A stretch of 35,183 nucleotides of DNA from positions 1 through 35,183 of the forward strand of contig JAZSGM010000163.1 in NCBI GenBank assembly GCA_045532715.1, written 5' to 3'. The notes under the pieces are model-generated. The model worked only from the letters and a program-made list of their open reading frames with translations, ran no database searches and had not been told where the DNA came from. This document shows, piece by piece, positions 9,801-18,500 of the stretch (its first letter is position 1; every line of letters begins with the position of its first letter). A program made the translations under genes and the position numbers. This DNA is from Clostridia bacterium. GTDB taxonomy: Bacteria > Bacillota > Clostridia > UBA1381 > UMGS1253.

Positions 9801-10879
9801 AGGTGTTCTGGGATGACAGAGGTCTTATCTTAATCGGTAGTGCTGTGATGAACTACCCGGCAGAAACGATTGATAAGATTATTGATTTATTGGACATTCG
9901 TGTACAGCTTGACGGTCAGGAAATGAAATTCTTTGACAGCGAAGTGTACGAATACCATGTACAGATTGCCAAGGGTGCGGCTATGCCGACGGTATCCGTA
10001 ATTTCCGACAAGGAAGCGGTAGTTGCGCAAGGCAATCCGGCAACTGTAACTGTTGGCGATAAGACGTATACCATCAATTTTGTAGAAAATGCGTTTGAGG
10101 GCATTTTAGGCACCGGCTCCGAGGGCGTGCTTAAGCAGATGCAGTTTCAGGTTATCTATGAAGGGGGAACGGCAAATTACCAGACCTATCTGGACATCGC
10201 AAGTGCAAAAAGCTCGATTGACTGGAACGAAAAGTATGTGATGGGTGGTACCTATGACGGTATCATCAGCGATACAACCCAAAACCGCTGGTCGGCAGAT
10301 GGTGCCGGCAACTGGATTCTGTACGATCTGGGTGCAGAAAAGAATTTGCACTCGATTTGTATTGCCGGCTACAGAGCGCTCGTTCGTTCCTACGAATTTA
10401 AGATTGAAACCTCGAAGGACGGACAGAATTGGGAGACGGCGCACGAGGCGGCAAAGACCACCTATGGCGTAGACCATGATGTATACAAGCTCGGCGACAA
10501 GAGCGCACGCTATATTCGCATCACAGGTCTTTCGGCGACAAATACCAACTGGATGGGCATCAACGAAGTACGCATCTATGACAGTGCGCAAATGGAAGCC
10601 GATGACCAGAATGCTTGGTATCGCACCTTCTACGATGCGCAGATTAACGCAATGGCAGGCACGACGCAGCGGATTGATGTATTGGGCTTTACCAAGAGCG
10701 GTGCAGAATTCCCGCTTGAAATCACCGATGTGAAGCTTTCGAGCACCAAGCCGGAAATTGCAACCGTAGATGCAAACGGTCTTGTTACGTTGCATAAGGC
10801 GGGCAAGGCAGAAATCGTAGCGGAATATGAAATTCTGGGCGTTACGATTAAAGCGCGTATGGCGGTTACTGTAGAATAA
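6803..10879 (+). CDS. Secreted multi-domain heparinase II/III-superfamily lyase-like protein, paralog 2
   Basis: Same architecture as paralog 1. Signal peptide ends in AFA. Motifs HPRIY, NNWGMVCHG, DGGYAETLGYWDYG, HSNLDAGGFVLD. RBS AAGGAG. Confidence 0.85.
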   Translation: MKIRYVRILGMVLALVMVLSMLPMQAFAIKVVLKDLDKPELTEDKLVIMREDFEKGTVGKNITTGGMGFTTGAYGVQAAMNITEEEGGNKYLKAYHGDPSEDKTRNPRVERYIPTAGLTQFTVDFDVMSSMDETNMSVSIMKAKTNESLAPLKTPYKFDKWTHIKIVCEIENQEATATVYADGKEDSVHSFSIAGIDNIGIRFASIVQPDSSWAAIDNVLITTTNLDLGGIVGLDGVTVNWNKLPESDVPSTGFLDVMNQQHPRIYVTDWDVIKQKIATDENCKAWYDQIIRHADAQVGTPTVEYYRNARNTVNDATTNFKRYIIPVAAAYCLTGEQKYLDKVYQDLVTAGTWPDWGHDAYLCTAHMMFAYGVCYDWLYNAFTPQQREKVIEAWMKNGFTAAVQAYEGYGVGTGWINASNNWGMVCHGSNMVAAIAIANDKPELANYILAQGAMRIPKTFDEISADGGYAETLGYWDYGVRHLVKIMAALDSSVLPGKSIPSVLDFKGVTGLNNSGDFPIYYNGTTGAFNFGDGTLEIQHTPIMYYLSTKYNKPEYTWYNLDITTHPKANSISAQGAVLALMWFDPSMNKAPEAGFKLDKFYSSTEKYGTNGISMRSSFEDPDALFIAAHAGDETMSHSNLDAGGFVLDWAGKRWVYMYGRNTRGITDCYGWPNYNTKTEEGRYQYYITRGEANNTFIINPKPGKPDMYYQYFSEVSKYEAGVNTSYGVINMTPTNEDYEAAQRGIMLTGNRDVVVVQDEIKAKAPSEIYWFVNTDAEITIAEDGKSALWEMEGDRMLVRITSGPADAKFGIMPTAPLPTSPDPDIQPDLEGHKMFIHMTNVTETTLTVEYVPLKEGEGIPAPLPVKAIADWTVDNGAEKTTSQSLSGVVALKVDNPNAYAKGAKTYVDTANLDIKPIVQNGRTLVPVRFISEKFGASVGWDDITQTVTVKTKTLNISLQIGSTQMLVNGEAVTLDVPAQTIGGRTLIPLRALVEALGKQVFWDDRGLILIGSAVMNYPAETIDKIIDLLDIRVQLDGQEMKFFDSEVYEYHVQIAKGAAMPTVSVISDKEAVVAQGNPATVTVGDKTYTINFVENAFEGILGTGSEGVLKQMQFQVIYEGGTANYQTYLDIASAKSSIDWNEKYVMGGTYDGIISDTTQNRWSADGAGNWILYDLGAEKNLHSICIAGYRALVRSYEFKIETSKDGQNWETAHEAAKTTYGVDHDVYKLGDKSARYIRITGLSATNTNWMGINEVRIYDSAQMEADDQNAWYRTFYDAQINAMAGTTQRIDVLGFTKSGAEFPLEITDVKLSSTKPEIATVDANGLVTLHKAGKAEIVAEYEILGVTIKARMAVTVE

Positions 10880-10881
10880 AC

Positions 10882-10921
10882 AAAAAGGTCGCAGAATTAT
10901 TTTTGGTTCTGCGACTTTTTT
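10882..10921 (+). terminator. Intrinsic terminator after lyase 2
   Basis: GTCGCAGAA...TTCTGCGAC stem followed by TTTTTT, with an A tract upstream. Confidence 0.8.
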
Positions 10922-10922
10922 A

Positions 10923-10951
10923 TTGCTTTTTCAAGTGGATATTGCTATAAT
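10923..10951 (+). promoter_or_regulatory. Sigma-A-type promoter for the catalytic-only lyase
   Basis: TTGCTT (10923-10928), 17 nt, TATAAT (10946-10951), with TG extension. Confidence 0.7.
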
Positions 10952-10986
10952 GAAGGCAACTTAAATTCAAAACGGGAGTGATTGCG

Positions 10987-12882
10987 GTGAAGGCTTACAT
11001 TTCTGAAGATAAAACCAAAATTTTGTGGGATAAGTTTTGCGAAATCGAAACGGAAAAGAGCGGTATTACTTCGGTGATGCGCAAAACGCATCCGCGCATT
11101 TTAACCCGCGATTGGGGAGAAATCAAAGAAAAAATCAAAACAGATGTGCATATGCAGCATTGGTATGATGCCGTGATTGCAGCTGCGGAAAAGCTCGTGG
11201 ATGCGCCGCCGACAAAGTATTTTGTCAATATCCGAAATAACATCAACGATTGCTCTACCGAGTTTAAATATAATGTGATTCCGGTTGCGGCGGCATATTG
11301 CCTGACGGGGGATGTGCGCTACAAAAACCGCGTATGGTCCGAGCTTGAAAATGTGGGCAACTGGCCGTACTGGGGCTCAAATGCCTACTTGTGTACGGCG
11401 CATATTCTGTTCTCCTTTGCGCTTTGCTATGACTGGCTGTATAACGATTTTACCGCAGAAGAAAGAGCGCAGATTGTTGCCTGGACACGTGATCAGGGCT
11501 TTAACGAAGCCATTCTTGCCTATGAAGGTGTGGATGAAAACGGTTGGTGGAGACACGCCTACAACAACTGGAATAACGTGACAAACGGCTCCAATATCGT
11601 GGCGGCGCTTGCCTTTGCAGATGAGCTTCCTGAGGTGGCAGAGTATATTACAAAAAAAGCGGCAGAGGGACTGCCGTACAGCTTCGGCGAGCTGTCGGCG
11701 GACGGCTCATATGCCGAGCCGGTCGGCTACTGGGGCTATGCCATCGGGCATCAGGTCAAGGCGATGCACGCCCTGAACACGTCTTTGGCGGATGGCGAAA
11801 AACTGCCGGAATGCCTGGATTTTTCCAAGGTATCCGGCTTGGATAACACCTGCGATTTCCCGATTTACTATAACGGTACGTGCGGTGCGTTTAACTATGG
11901 TGACGGCGCGCTCGAAACGGTTTTGGTGCCGTGTATGTTCTGGCTTGCGGACTTTTACAACAAGCCGCAGTACACTTGGTATGCATCAGAATATATGGAC
12001 GATTGCGGCTGGAAGGAAGATTGCCTCGCCAAAAATGCGACTGAGGCGCTTTTGTGGTACAATCCGGTGCACGCGAAGGTGAAGGATGTAAAGCTACCGC
12101 TGGATAAGTTTTATACCTCGACGCGAAAGTACGGCGCAAACGGCATCTCGATGCGCTCTGCATGGTCTGAAGATGCGCTCGTAGTGCTTGCACACGCGGG
12201 CGACGGCACGGCGGCGCACGGGAATTTGGATGCCGGCGGCTTTATCCTGGATTGGAAGGGCAAGCGCTTTGTACATATGTATGGCAGAACGCCGGCAGGA
12301 CTTAAGGCAGGTACGCTTTATTCCTGGCCGAATTATCACAAGCGCGAGGAAAAGGATGCGCGCTTTATGTACTACCATGTGCGCGGCGAGGCAAACAATA
12401 CAATCATTGCAAATCCTGAAAAAGATATGCCGGATATGTACTATCAGTACTACGCACAGCTTGTAGAATCTGCCTCTGAAGCGGGCAGTGCCTACGGTGT
12501 GATTGATATGACAAGCACCAATCACGATTATGAAAATGCAAAGCGTACGATTGCGCTTACGGAAAATCGCAGTCGCGTTGTGATTACGGATAAAATTACG
12601 GCGAAAAAGCCGTCGGAATTTTATTGGTTTGCCAATACAACGGCGGAGATTACACTCTCCGAAGATAAAAGAAGTGCCATTTTGAAAATGGGTGAGGACG
12701 AAATGCTTGTACGCATCAAAAATGCGCCTGCCGATGCAGCGTTTGAGGTTGTGCCGGCGATTCCGCTTGAAACCTCGCCGCATCCGCCGCAACAGCCGGT
12801 CATTCCGGAAAACAAGCTGCGTATTCATATGGAGAACATACAAAAGCTGGATTTGTGCGTAGAATTTATTCCGCAGATATAA
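10987..12882 (+). CDS. Catalytic-module-only heparinase II/III-superfamily lyase-like protein, paralog 3 (no signal peptide, presumably cytoplasmic)
   Basis: GTG at 10987 lies 8 nt after a GGGAG RBS (ORF track start is 10978). Contains HPRIL, NNWNNVTNG, DGSYAEPVGYWGY, HGNLDAGGFILD and ends at LCVEFIPQI. All accessory modules are absent. Confidence 0.85.
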   Translation: MKAYISEDKTKILWDKFCEIETEKSGITSVMRKTHPRILTRDWGEIKEKIKTDVHMQHWYDAVIAAAEKLVDAPPTKYFVNIRNNINDCSTEFKYNVIPVAAAYCLTGDVRYKNRVWSELENVGNWPYWGSNAYLCTAHILFSFALCYDWLYNDFTAEERAQIVAWTRDQGFNEAILAYEGVDENGWWRHAYNNWNNVTNGSNIVAALAFADELPEVAEYITKKAAEGLPYSFGELSADGSYAEPVGYWGYAIGHQVKAMHALNTSLADGEKLPECLDFSKVSGLDNTCDFPIYYNGTCGAFNYGDGALETVLVPCMFWLADFYNKPQYTWYASEYMDDCGWKEDCLAKNATEALLWYNPVHAKVKDVKLPLDKFYTSTRKYGANGISMRSAWSEDALVVLAHAGDGTAAHGNLDAGGFILDWKGKRFVHMYGRTPAGLKAGTLYSWPNYHKREEKDARFMYYHVRGEANNTIIANPEKDMPDMYYQYYAQLVESASEAGSAYGVIDMTSTNHDYENAKRTIALTENRSRVVITDKITAKKPSEFYWFANTTAEITLSEDKRSAILKMGEDEMLVRIKNAPADAAFEVVPAIPLETSPHPPQQPVIPENKLRIHMENIQKLDLCVEFIPQI

Positions 12883-12889
12883 ATAAACG

Positions 12890-13195
12890 AAAAAGACCGT
12901 CAAAGCGCGTTATCCCAAGGGATACGCGCAGTGAAATTCGCCCTGAAGAGCGAGTGGTATACGCCTGTCGGCGTGTGATATATGTTCTGTCGAACATGTG
13001 ATATATTTCCTTGCAGGAAGTGTTATGGAAAAAAACCGTCTCACAGAGACGGCTTTTAATCATTTACATCCGATTTATCGGATATTTCACATTTGCGAAG
13101 CAAATATATCACTGCGAAGCAATATCACTTGCCGCATAGCGGCAAATATCACCGGTGGTTATCCATAGGGATAGCCACCATATGACGGTCTTTTT
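12890..13195. repeat. Inverted composite hairpin-array element (REP/BIME/MITE-like)
   Basis: Terminal inverted repeats AAAAAGACCGTCA (12890-12902) and TGACGGTCTTTTT (13183-13195). Left arm hairpins are separated by GTGATAT-like heptamers and right arm hairpins by the complementary ATATCAC. Confidence 0.8.
13029..13057. terminator. Central bidirectional terminator-like hairpin inside the element
   Basis: AAAAAAA-CCGTCTC-ACA-GAGACGG-CTTTT between the convergent lyase 3 and araC genes. Confidence 0.6.
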
Positions 13196-14006
13196 TTGTT
13201 TGCTGTTTGCGAAACTGCATGGGGCTTACGTCCATGACTGCCTTAAATCGCTTGCCGAAATAGGTTACATCGTCAAAACCGACTTGCGCGGCGATGACTG
13301 CAATGGCATCTGTGCTTTTCTTTAAAAGCATAGATGCTTTTTCTATGCGGTAGTCTGTAATGTAGTCAAGCACGCTTTTGCCGGTTGTCTTTTTGAAGCA
13401 GCGGCAGAAATAGCTTTCGTTTAAATGGCAAAGCGCAGCAAGCTTGCGCGTGGAAATTTTATCCGTGTAGTGCTTGTCGATATAGCTGAGTACGATATCC
13501 ATACGCTGTTCTTTTGCGGTGAGCTGCGCAGATTCCTTTTGCGAGTGCGTTAATGTATAATTGCGCAAAAGATGTGCCATCATCGCGTAGGCGTGGCTTT
13601 TGAGCATCATATCGCACCAGGGCTTGTTCGAGCAATTCTCTTCGTATAAGTTATAAATCGCCTGTTTAACGGTTTCGTCGTTTTGGATGTGCTTTTGAAT
13701 ATGAATGTTGTCGAAGGGAAGCTCTGCGAAAAAATCGGGATGGATGCGGATATAGTAATACGCTGTGCCGCCGGCAGACTCCATTGCGTGCAGCTCGCCT
13801 TTATTTATAACGACCAGATCGCCGGCGTGCACCTGGATTTTTGCATCGCTGCAATATAAGGTTGCTGCGCCGCTGCGGTAAAAAAGCAGCTCATAAAAAT
13901 CGTGTCGATGCGGTCTGGTGTACGTTTCTGTCGGGGAATGCTCAATATAAACGGAAAATTCTCCCGGTGTTCGCTCCTTGGGCGGCTGAAATATTGCTTC
14001 TTGCAT
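13149..14006 (-). CDS. AraC-family transcriptional regulator (cupin sensor + double HTH)
   Basis: N-terminal PHRHDFYELLF...GDLVVINKGELH cupin motif; C-terminal SYFCRCFKKTTG and IAAQVGFDDVTYFGKRFK...SPMQFRK. AGGAGG RBS. Confidence 0.95.
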   Translation of the reverse strand: MQEAIFQPPKERTPGEFSVYIEHSPTETYTRPHRHDFYELLFYRSGAATLYCSDAKIQVHAGDLVVINKGELHAMESAGGTAYYYIRIHPDFFAELPFDNIHIQKHIQNDETVKQAIYNLYEENCSNKPWCDMMLKSHAYAMMAHLLRNYTLTHSQKESAQLTAKEQRMDIVLSYIDKHYTDKISTRKLAALCHLNESYFCRCFKKTTGKSVLDYITDYRIEKASMLLKKSTDAIAVIAAQVGFDDVTYFGKRFKAVMDVSPMQFRKQQTKKDRHMVAIPMDNHR

Positions 14007-14018
14007 ATATGGCCTCCT

Positions 14019-14103
14019 AAAGTCAAAATCTTACGAAAAAAAGTCAAATCTATTCTTGAGTTTCGCTGGATTACATTATATACTTGTATTGGTGAAAAGT
14101 CAA
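14019..14103. promoter_or_regulatory. Overlapping divergent promoters (araC / MATE) with AraC-type direct repeats
   Basis: Minus strand: TTGACT (14103-14098)-17-TATAAT (14080-14075). Plus strand: TTGAGT (14056-14061)-17-TATACT (14079-14084). AAAGTCAAA direct repeats at 14019 and 14040 (21-bp spacing) lie just upstream of the plus -35. Confidence 0.7.
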
Positions 14104-14148
14104 TATTGGACGACAAAAATTCGTTGGACAACTATCGGGAGGGGCAAA

Positions 14149-15501
14149 ATGTTTACAAGCAAACAAATTCTTTCAATCATCTTACCGCTTTTGCTGCAGC
14201 AGTTTTTCTTGATTTTTGGCGGCTTTGCAGACACAGTTATGGTTGCAAGTGTTGGCGAGGCGGCGATTGCGGGCGTTTCTCTGGTTGACCAGCTTTCGGC
14301 AATTCTTACGACAACGATGGCGGCTTTGGCATCGGGAAGTGCTGTGCTTTGTGCGCAGTCGCTCGGCAGAAAAGACATCGATGGTGCGGCAAGCTATGCA
14401 AAGCAGCTTTTGCTTTCGAATCTTATCATTGCGCTTGTGCTTATGCTTGTGCTGATTGTGTTTAATCGCAGTATTTTAACCCTGGTTTTCGGTAGCATTG
14501 AACCCGAGGTTATGGACAATGCGTGTAAGTATTTGGTGGTCATAGCCGTTTCGATTCCTTTCTTTGCGATAGACAATGCGCTTGCGGCTGTTTTTCGCGC
14601 TGAGGGAAATACACGTGTTTCTTTGAATATTTCACTGATAACGACCGTAATCCACCTTGTGGGAAATGCCATCGGTATTTATGTGCTTCATGCAGGGGTT
14701 TACGGTGTGGCAATTCCAACGCTCATATCCCGTATTGTCGCAGTTGTGCTGTATGATTATACAGTGAAGCATTCCAAGGGCTTGATTAAAGTTGATTTCA
14801 AATCGAACAACAGGCTACATTTTGGCAAGCTTAAGCAGATTTATGCATTGGGCATCCCAATGGGTGTTGAAAATTTTATGTTTCAGTTCGGCAGAACAAT
14901 GCTGTCGAGTTTGACAGTTTCGCTCGGTACTACCTCCGTTGCGGCGTATGCAGCGAGCCTTAAAATCTGCAACTTTGCCTACTTGCCGGGGCAGGCGCTG
15001 GCTTTGGCGGTGCCGGCAATTGTGGGCAGATGCATCGGTGCCGGTGAATTTGGGCAGGCAAAGAAAAATACTTATCGATTGTTTGGTTACAAATATGCCA
15101 TTATGCTGCAGGTTGTACTTGTTATCAGCATATTTGCCCCGCAGATTGCAGGCTGGTTTAATCTGTCAGAGGCTGGTGTCGGTTTTTGTACAGCGATGGT
15201 GCTTGTCAACAGCGCGATCATGCCGATTCGCCCACTTGCATTCCAGATGGGATATGTACTGCAGTCGGCATCGGATGTGCGCTATACAATGACCGTTTCT
15301 ATGTTTTCTATGTGGATTTTCAGAGTCGGCTGTGCTTATGTATTCGTTAATGTATTCCACACGGGCGTGGTGGGTATATACTACGCTCTTGCGCTGGATT
15401 GGATAGTGCGTGCGACTCTTTATGCTTGGCGCTTTTTCTCCGGAAAATGGCTTCGCGTTTATCAGAAAAAGCAGCAGGCATTGGAAACAGTTAAGAATTA
15501 A
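14149..15501 (+). CDS. MATE-family transporter
   Basis: Start moved to ATG 14149 after a GGGAGGGG RBS. Many hydrophobic segments and MATE motifs (ADTVMVASVGEAAIAGVSLVD, FRAEGNT, GVYGVAIPTLISR, GRCIGAG). Confidence 0.9.
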   Translation: MFTSKQILSIILPLLLQQFFLIFGGFADTVMVASVGEAAIAGVSLVDQLSAILTTTMAALASGSAVLCAQSLGRKDIDGAASYAKQLLLSNLIIALVLMLVLIVFNRSILTLVFGSIEPEVMDNACKYLVVIAVSIPFFAIDNALAAVFRAEGNTRVSLNISLITTVIHLVGNAIGIYVLHAGVYGVAIPTLISRIVAVVLYDYTVKHSKGLIKVDFKSNNRLHFGKLKQIYALGIPMGVENFMFQFGRTMLSSLTVSLGTTSVAAYAASLKICNFAYLPGQALALAVPAIVGRCIGAGEFGQAKKNTYRLFGYKYAIMLQVVLVISIFAPQIAGWFNLSEAGVGFCTAMVLVNSAIMPIRPLAFQMGYVLQSASDVRYTMTVSMFSMWIFRVGCAYVFVNVFHTGVVGIYYALALDWIVRATLYAWRFFSGKWLRVYQKKQQALETVKN

Positions 15502-15534
15502 ATTTTTATAAAAGAATTAAAGAAAAGGAAGTGT

Positions 15535-18500
15535 ATGCAAATGAGAGGAAAATGGTTCAAAGGCATCGGCGTTCTTTTGTGCACCGTAATGCTTCTGACG
15601 CTTTGTGCGCCGATGGGATTTGCGATTGTACGAGATCCAAAAGAGGAATTCGCCACGGGCGAGGCAGTTGTGTTTATGAATCTCGACTTTGAAAATGAAA
15701 AGGTCGGGGCCAAATACACGTACAAGTCGACCGGCTTTGATACGGGTGCGATTACGTCAGAGGCCCGCTTCTATGTCGAGGAGGACACGGACGGCAATAA
15801 TGTTTTAAAGGCATACCACGGTAATCCGACAGCCGATGGTGCAACAGCCAGAAGTCCGCGTGTGGAAAAGACGCTGCAGGCAAAGGGTTTAACGAATTTA
15901 AAAATTGAGTTTGACTTAAAGTCGAGCGGCGGTGCATCCTTTATGAATTTTTCCATTGCTGAGGCAACGGAGAATAAGGTGATTCGCAGCATCAAGGTGC
16001 CGACGGAATTTAAGGAGTGGACGCACGTTGAAGTTTTGATGCTGCAGTCGGACGCCGGGACAAACACCTTCACCGCACAGGTTTACATCAACGGGGAAGC
16101 ATATGGCGACGAGTACAGCGTGGAGCTTGGTGACAGAGAAGCCTTCCGCGTGCGCTATGGTACAAAGGTTGAACTCGATGGCAGCTGGCTGATGTTTGAT
16201 AATTTTAAGCTCAGTACGACGGATAAAAATATCGGCGGTATGTTCGGTATTGACGGAAACACCATCAACTGGGACGAGTTTGAAATGACCGACGAGAAGA
16301 CCGGACTTGCCGATGTGATGCGCAAAACGCATCCGCGTATTTTTGTAACGGACTGGCAAGGGATTCGTGACAGAATTCAGACGGACGAAAATATGAAGGC
16401 GTGGGCAGATACGGTAATTGCATTTGCGGATTCGCATCTGAATACGAGCCCGGTTGAGTATACCATCAATGTGCGCGGTAACATCAATGAGGATTCGACA
16501 GAATTTAAAGACAGAGTCGTGCCGATTGCAGCGGCATACTGCATTACGGGAGATACGCGTTATAAAGACAGAGTATATAAGGAAATGGTCGCAATCGGCA
16601 ACTGGCCGGATTGGGGTGCAGCAGCATGGCTTTGTACGGCGCATATTCTGTATGCCTACGGTGTTTGCTACGACTGGCTGTATAACGACTTTACACCTGA
16701 GCAGAGGGAAGAGCTTGTCGGTTACGTGAGAGATCAGGGCTTTAAGGAAAGCGTTCTGGCTTACGAGTGCAAAGGACCGTCGCATACCTGGGTAGACGGC
16801 GGCAATGCGAAAACCAACTGGTGTCAGGTATGCAACGGCTCCAATCTTGTAGCAGCGATTGCATTTGCAGATGAGCTGCCGGAGATTGCGGATTATATCT
16901 ATGCCAAGGTGGCGAAGGTTTTACCGCCTTCCTTGCAGGAAATTTCTGCTGACGGCGCCTATGCAGAGCCACTCGGCTACTGGGACTACGGCGTGCGCCA
17001 TTTGGTGAAGGCGATGGCAGCACTCGATAGCTGCGTTGAGGACGGAAAGTCGATTCCGGCGTGCCTGGATTTTAAAAATGTGCGCGGCGTGAATAATACA
17101 AGTGATTTTCCGATTTACTACAACGGTACAAACGGCGCGTTCAGCTACGGCGACGGTGTAACCAAGTTGGTGTATTCACCGAGTATGTTCTATTTCGCAA
17201 ACAAGTACAATAAGCCGCAGTATGCGTGGTATCCGCTCAATATGATGGACAACAACCCGAATGCAGCGCCGTTTGACGCAAAGAATGCAGCGCACGCACT
17301 CGTTTGGTACAATCCGGACAATGTACAGGGCGGTGACTTGCCGTTAGATAAGTTCTATTCTTCGGACGAGCCGCTTGGTGCAAACGGTATTTCAATGCGC
17401 TCAAGCTTTACAGATAATGAAGCGCTCGTTGTCATGGCGCGCGGCGGTGACGAAACGGCAGCACACGCTAATCTGGATGCCGGCGGCTTTGTGCTCGACT
17501 GGGCAGGCAAGCGCTGGGTGCATATGTACGGCAGATTAGACGGTTGGGGTATTTCCGGCAGTGTATATTCCTGGCCAAACTACCACACAAAAAGAGAGAA
17601 GAACGGCCGCTATCAGTACTATCATACACGCGGCGAGGCAAATAATACCATTATCGCCAACCCGCAGCAGGATATGCCGGATATGAACTATCAGTACTAT
17701 GCACAGCTCGTGCGCAGCGAAAGCGGCGAAAACACGGCATTCGGTATTATTGATATGACCGATACCAACAAAGATTACACCGACGCAAAGCGCGGTTTTA
17801 TGCTGACGGATAATCGAAGCAGACTTGTGATTCAGGACGAAATCAAGGCAAATAAACCGTCGGAATTTTACTGGTTTGCAAATACGCATGCGGAAATCAC
17901 ACTTGCTGAGGACGGCAAGAGTGCACTTTTGGAATACGACGGCGATAAGATGCTTGTTCGCATTACGCAGGGTCCGGCTGATGCATGCTTGGGCATTATG
18001 CAGACGCGTCCGCTGCCGACCAGTCCGAATCCGGATGTGCAGATAAAGATTGATGAGCATAAGCTGTTTGTGCATACGCAGAATGCGCAGACACTCAACC
18101 TGACGGTAGAATTTGTACCGCTTGCAGAGGGCGAGGGCATCCCGGCACCGCTGCCGGTCCAGCCGCTTGCAAGCTGGAGCACAAACGGCAGCAGCGCAAA
18201 GACCACCAGTCAGACACTTGGTGATGTGGTTGCGCTCAAGGTCGATAACCCGAATGCGTATGCGAAGGGTGCAAAGACCTATGTAGATACAAGCAATTTA
18301 GACATTAAGCCGATTGTGCAAAACGGCAGAACGCTTGTACCGGTACGCTTTATTTCCGAAAACATCGGTGCAACCGTCGGCTGGGACGATGCAACACAGA
18401 CGGTTTCCATCAAAACAAAGGCAAAGAGCATATCTCTGCAGCTCGGAAGTGACCAGATGATTGTGGACGGCAAGGCAATAACGCTCGATGTGCCGGCACA

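Noticed and set aside
12905-13179. CRISPR array interpretation of the periodic repeats
   Set aside because: The constant part is only 7 bp, the variable parts are self-complementary, the period is ~22 bp, orientation flips mid-element, and there are no cas genes.
14056-14148. Longer ORF-track start for the MATE gene (and 2399 for the hypothetical protein)
   Set aside because: Both upstream TTG starts coincide with predicted -35 boxes and lack an RBS, whereas the downstream ATGs have good RBSs.
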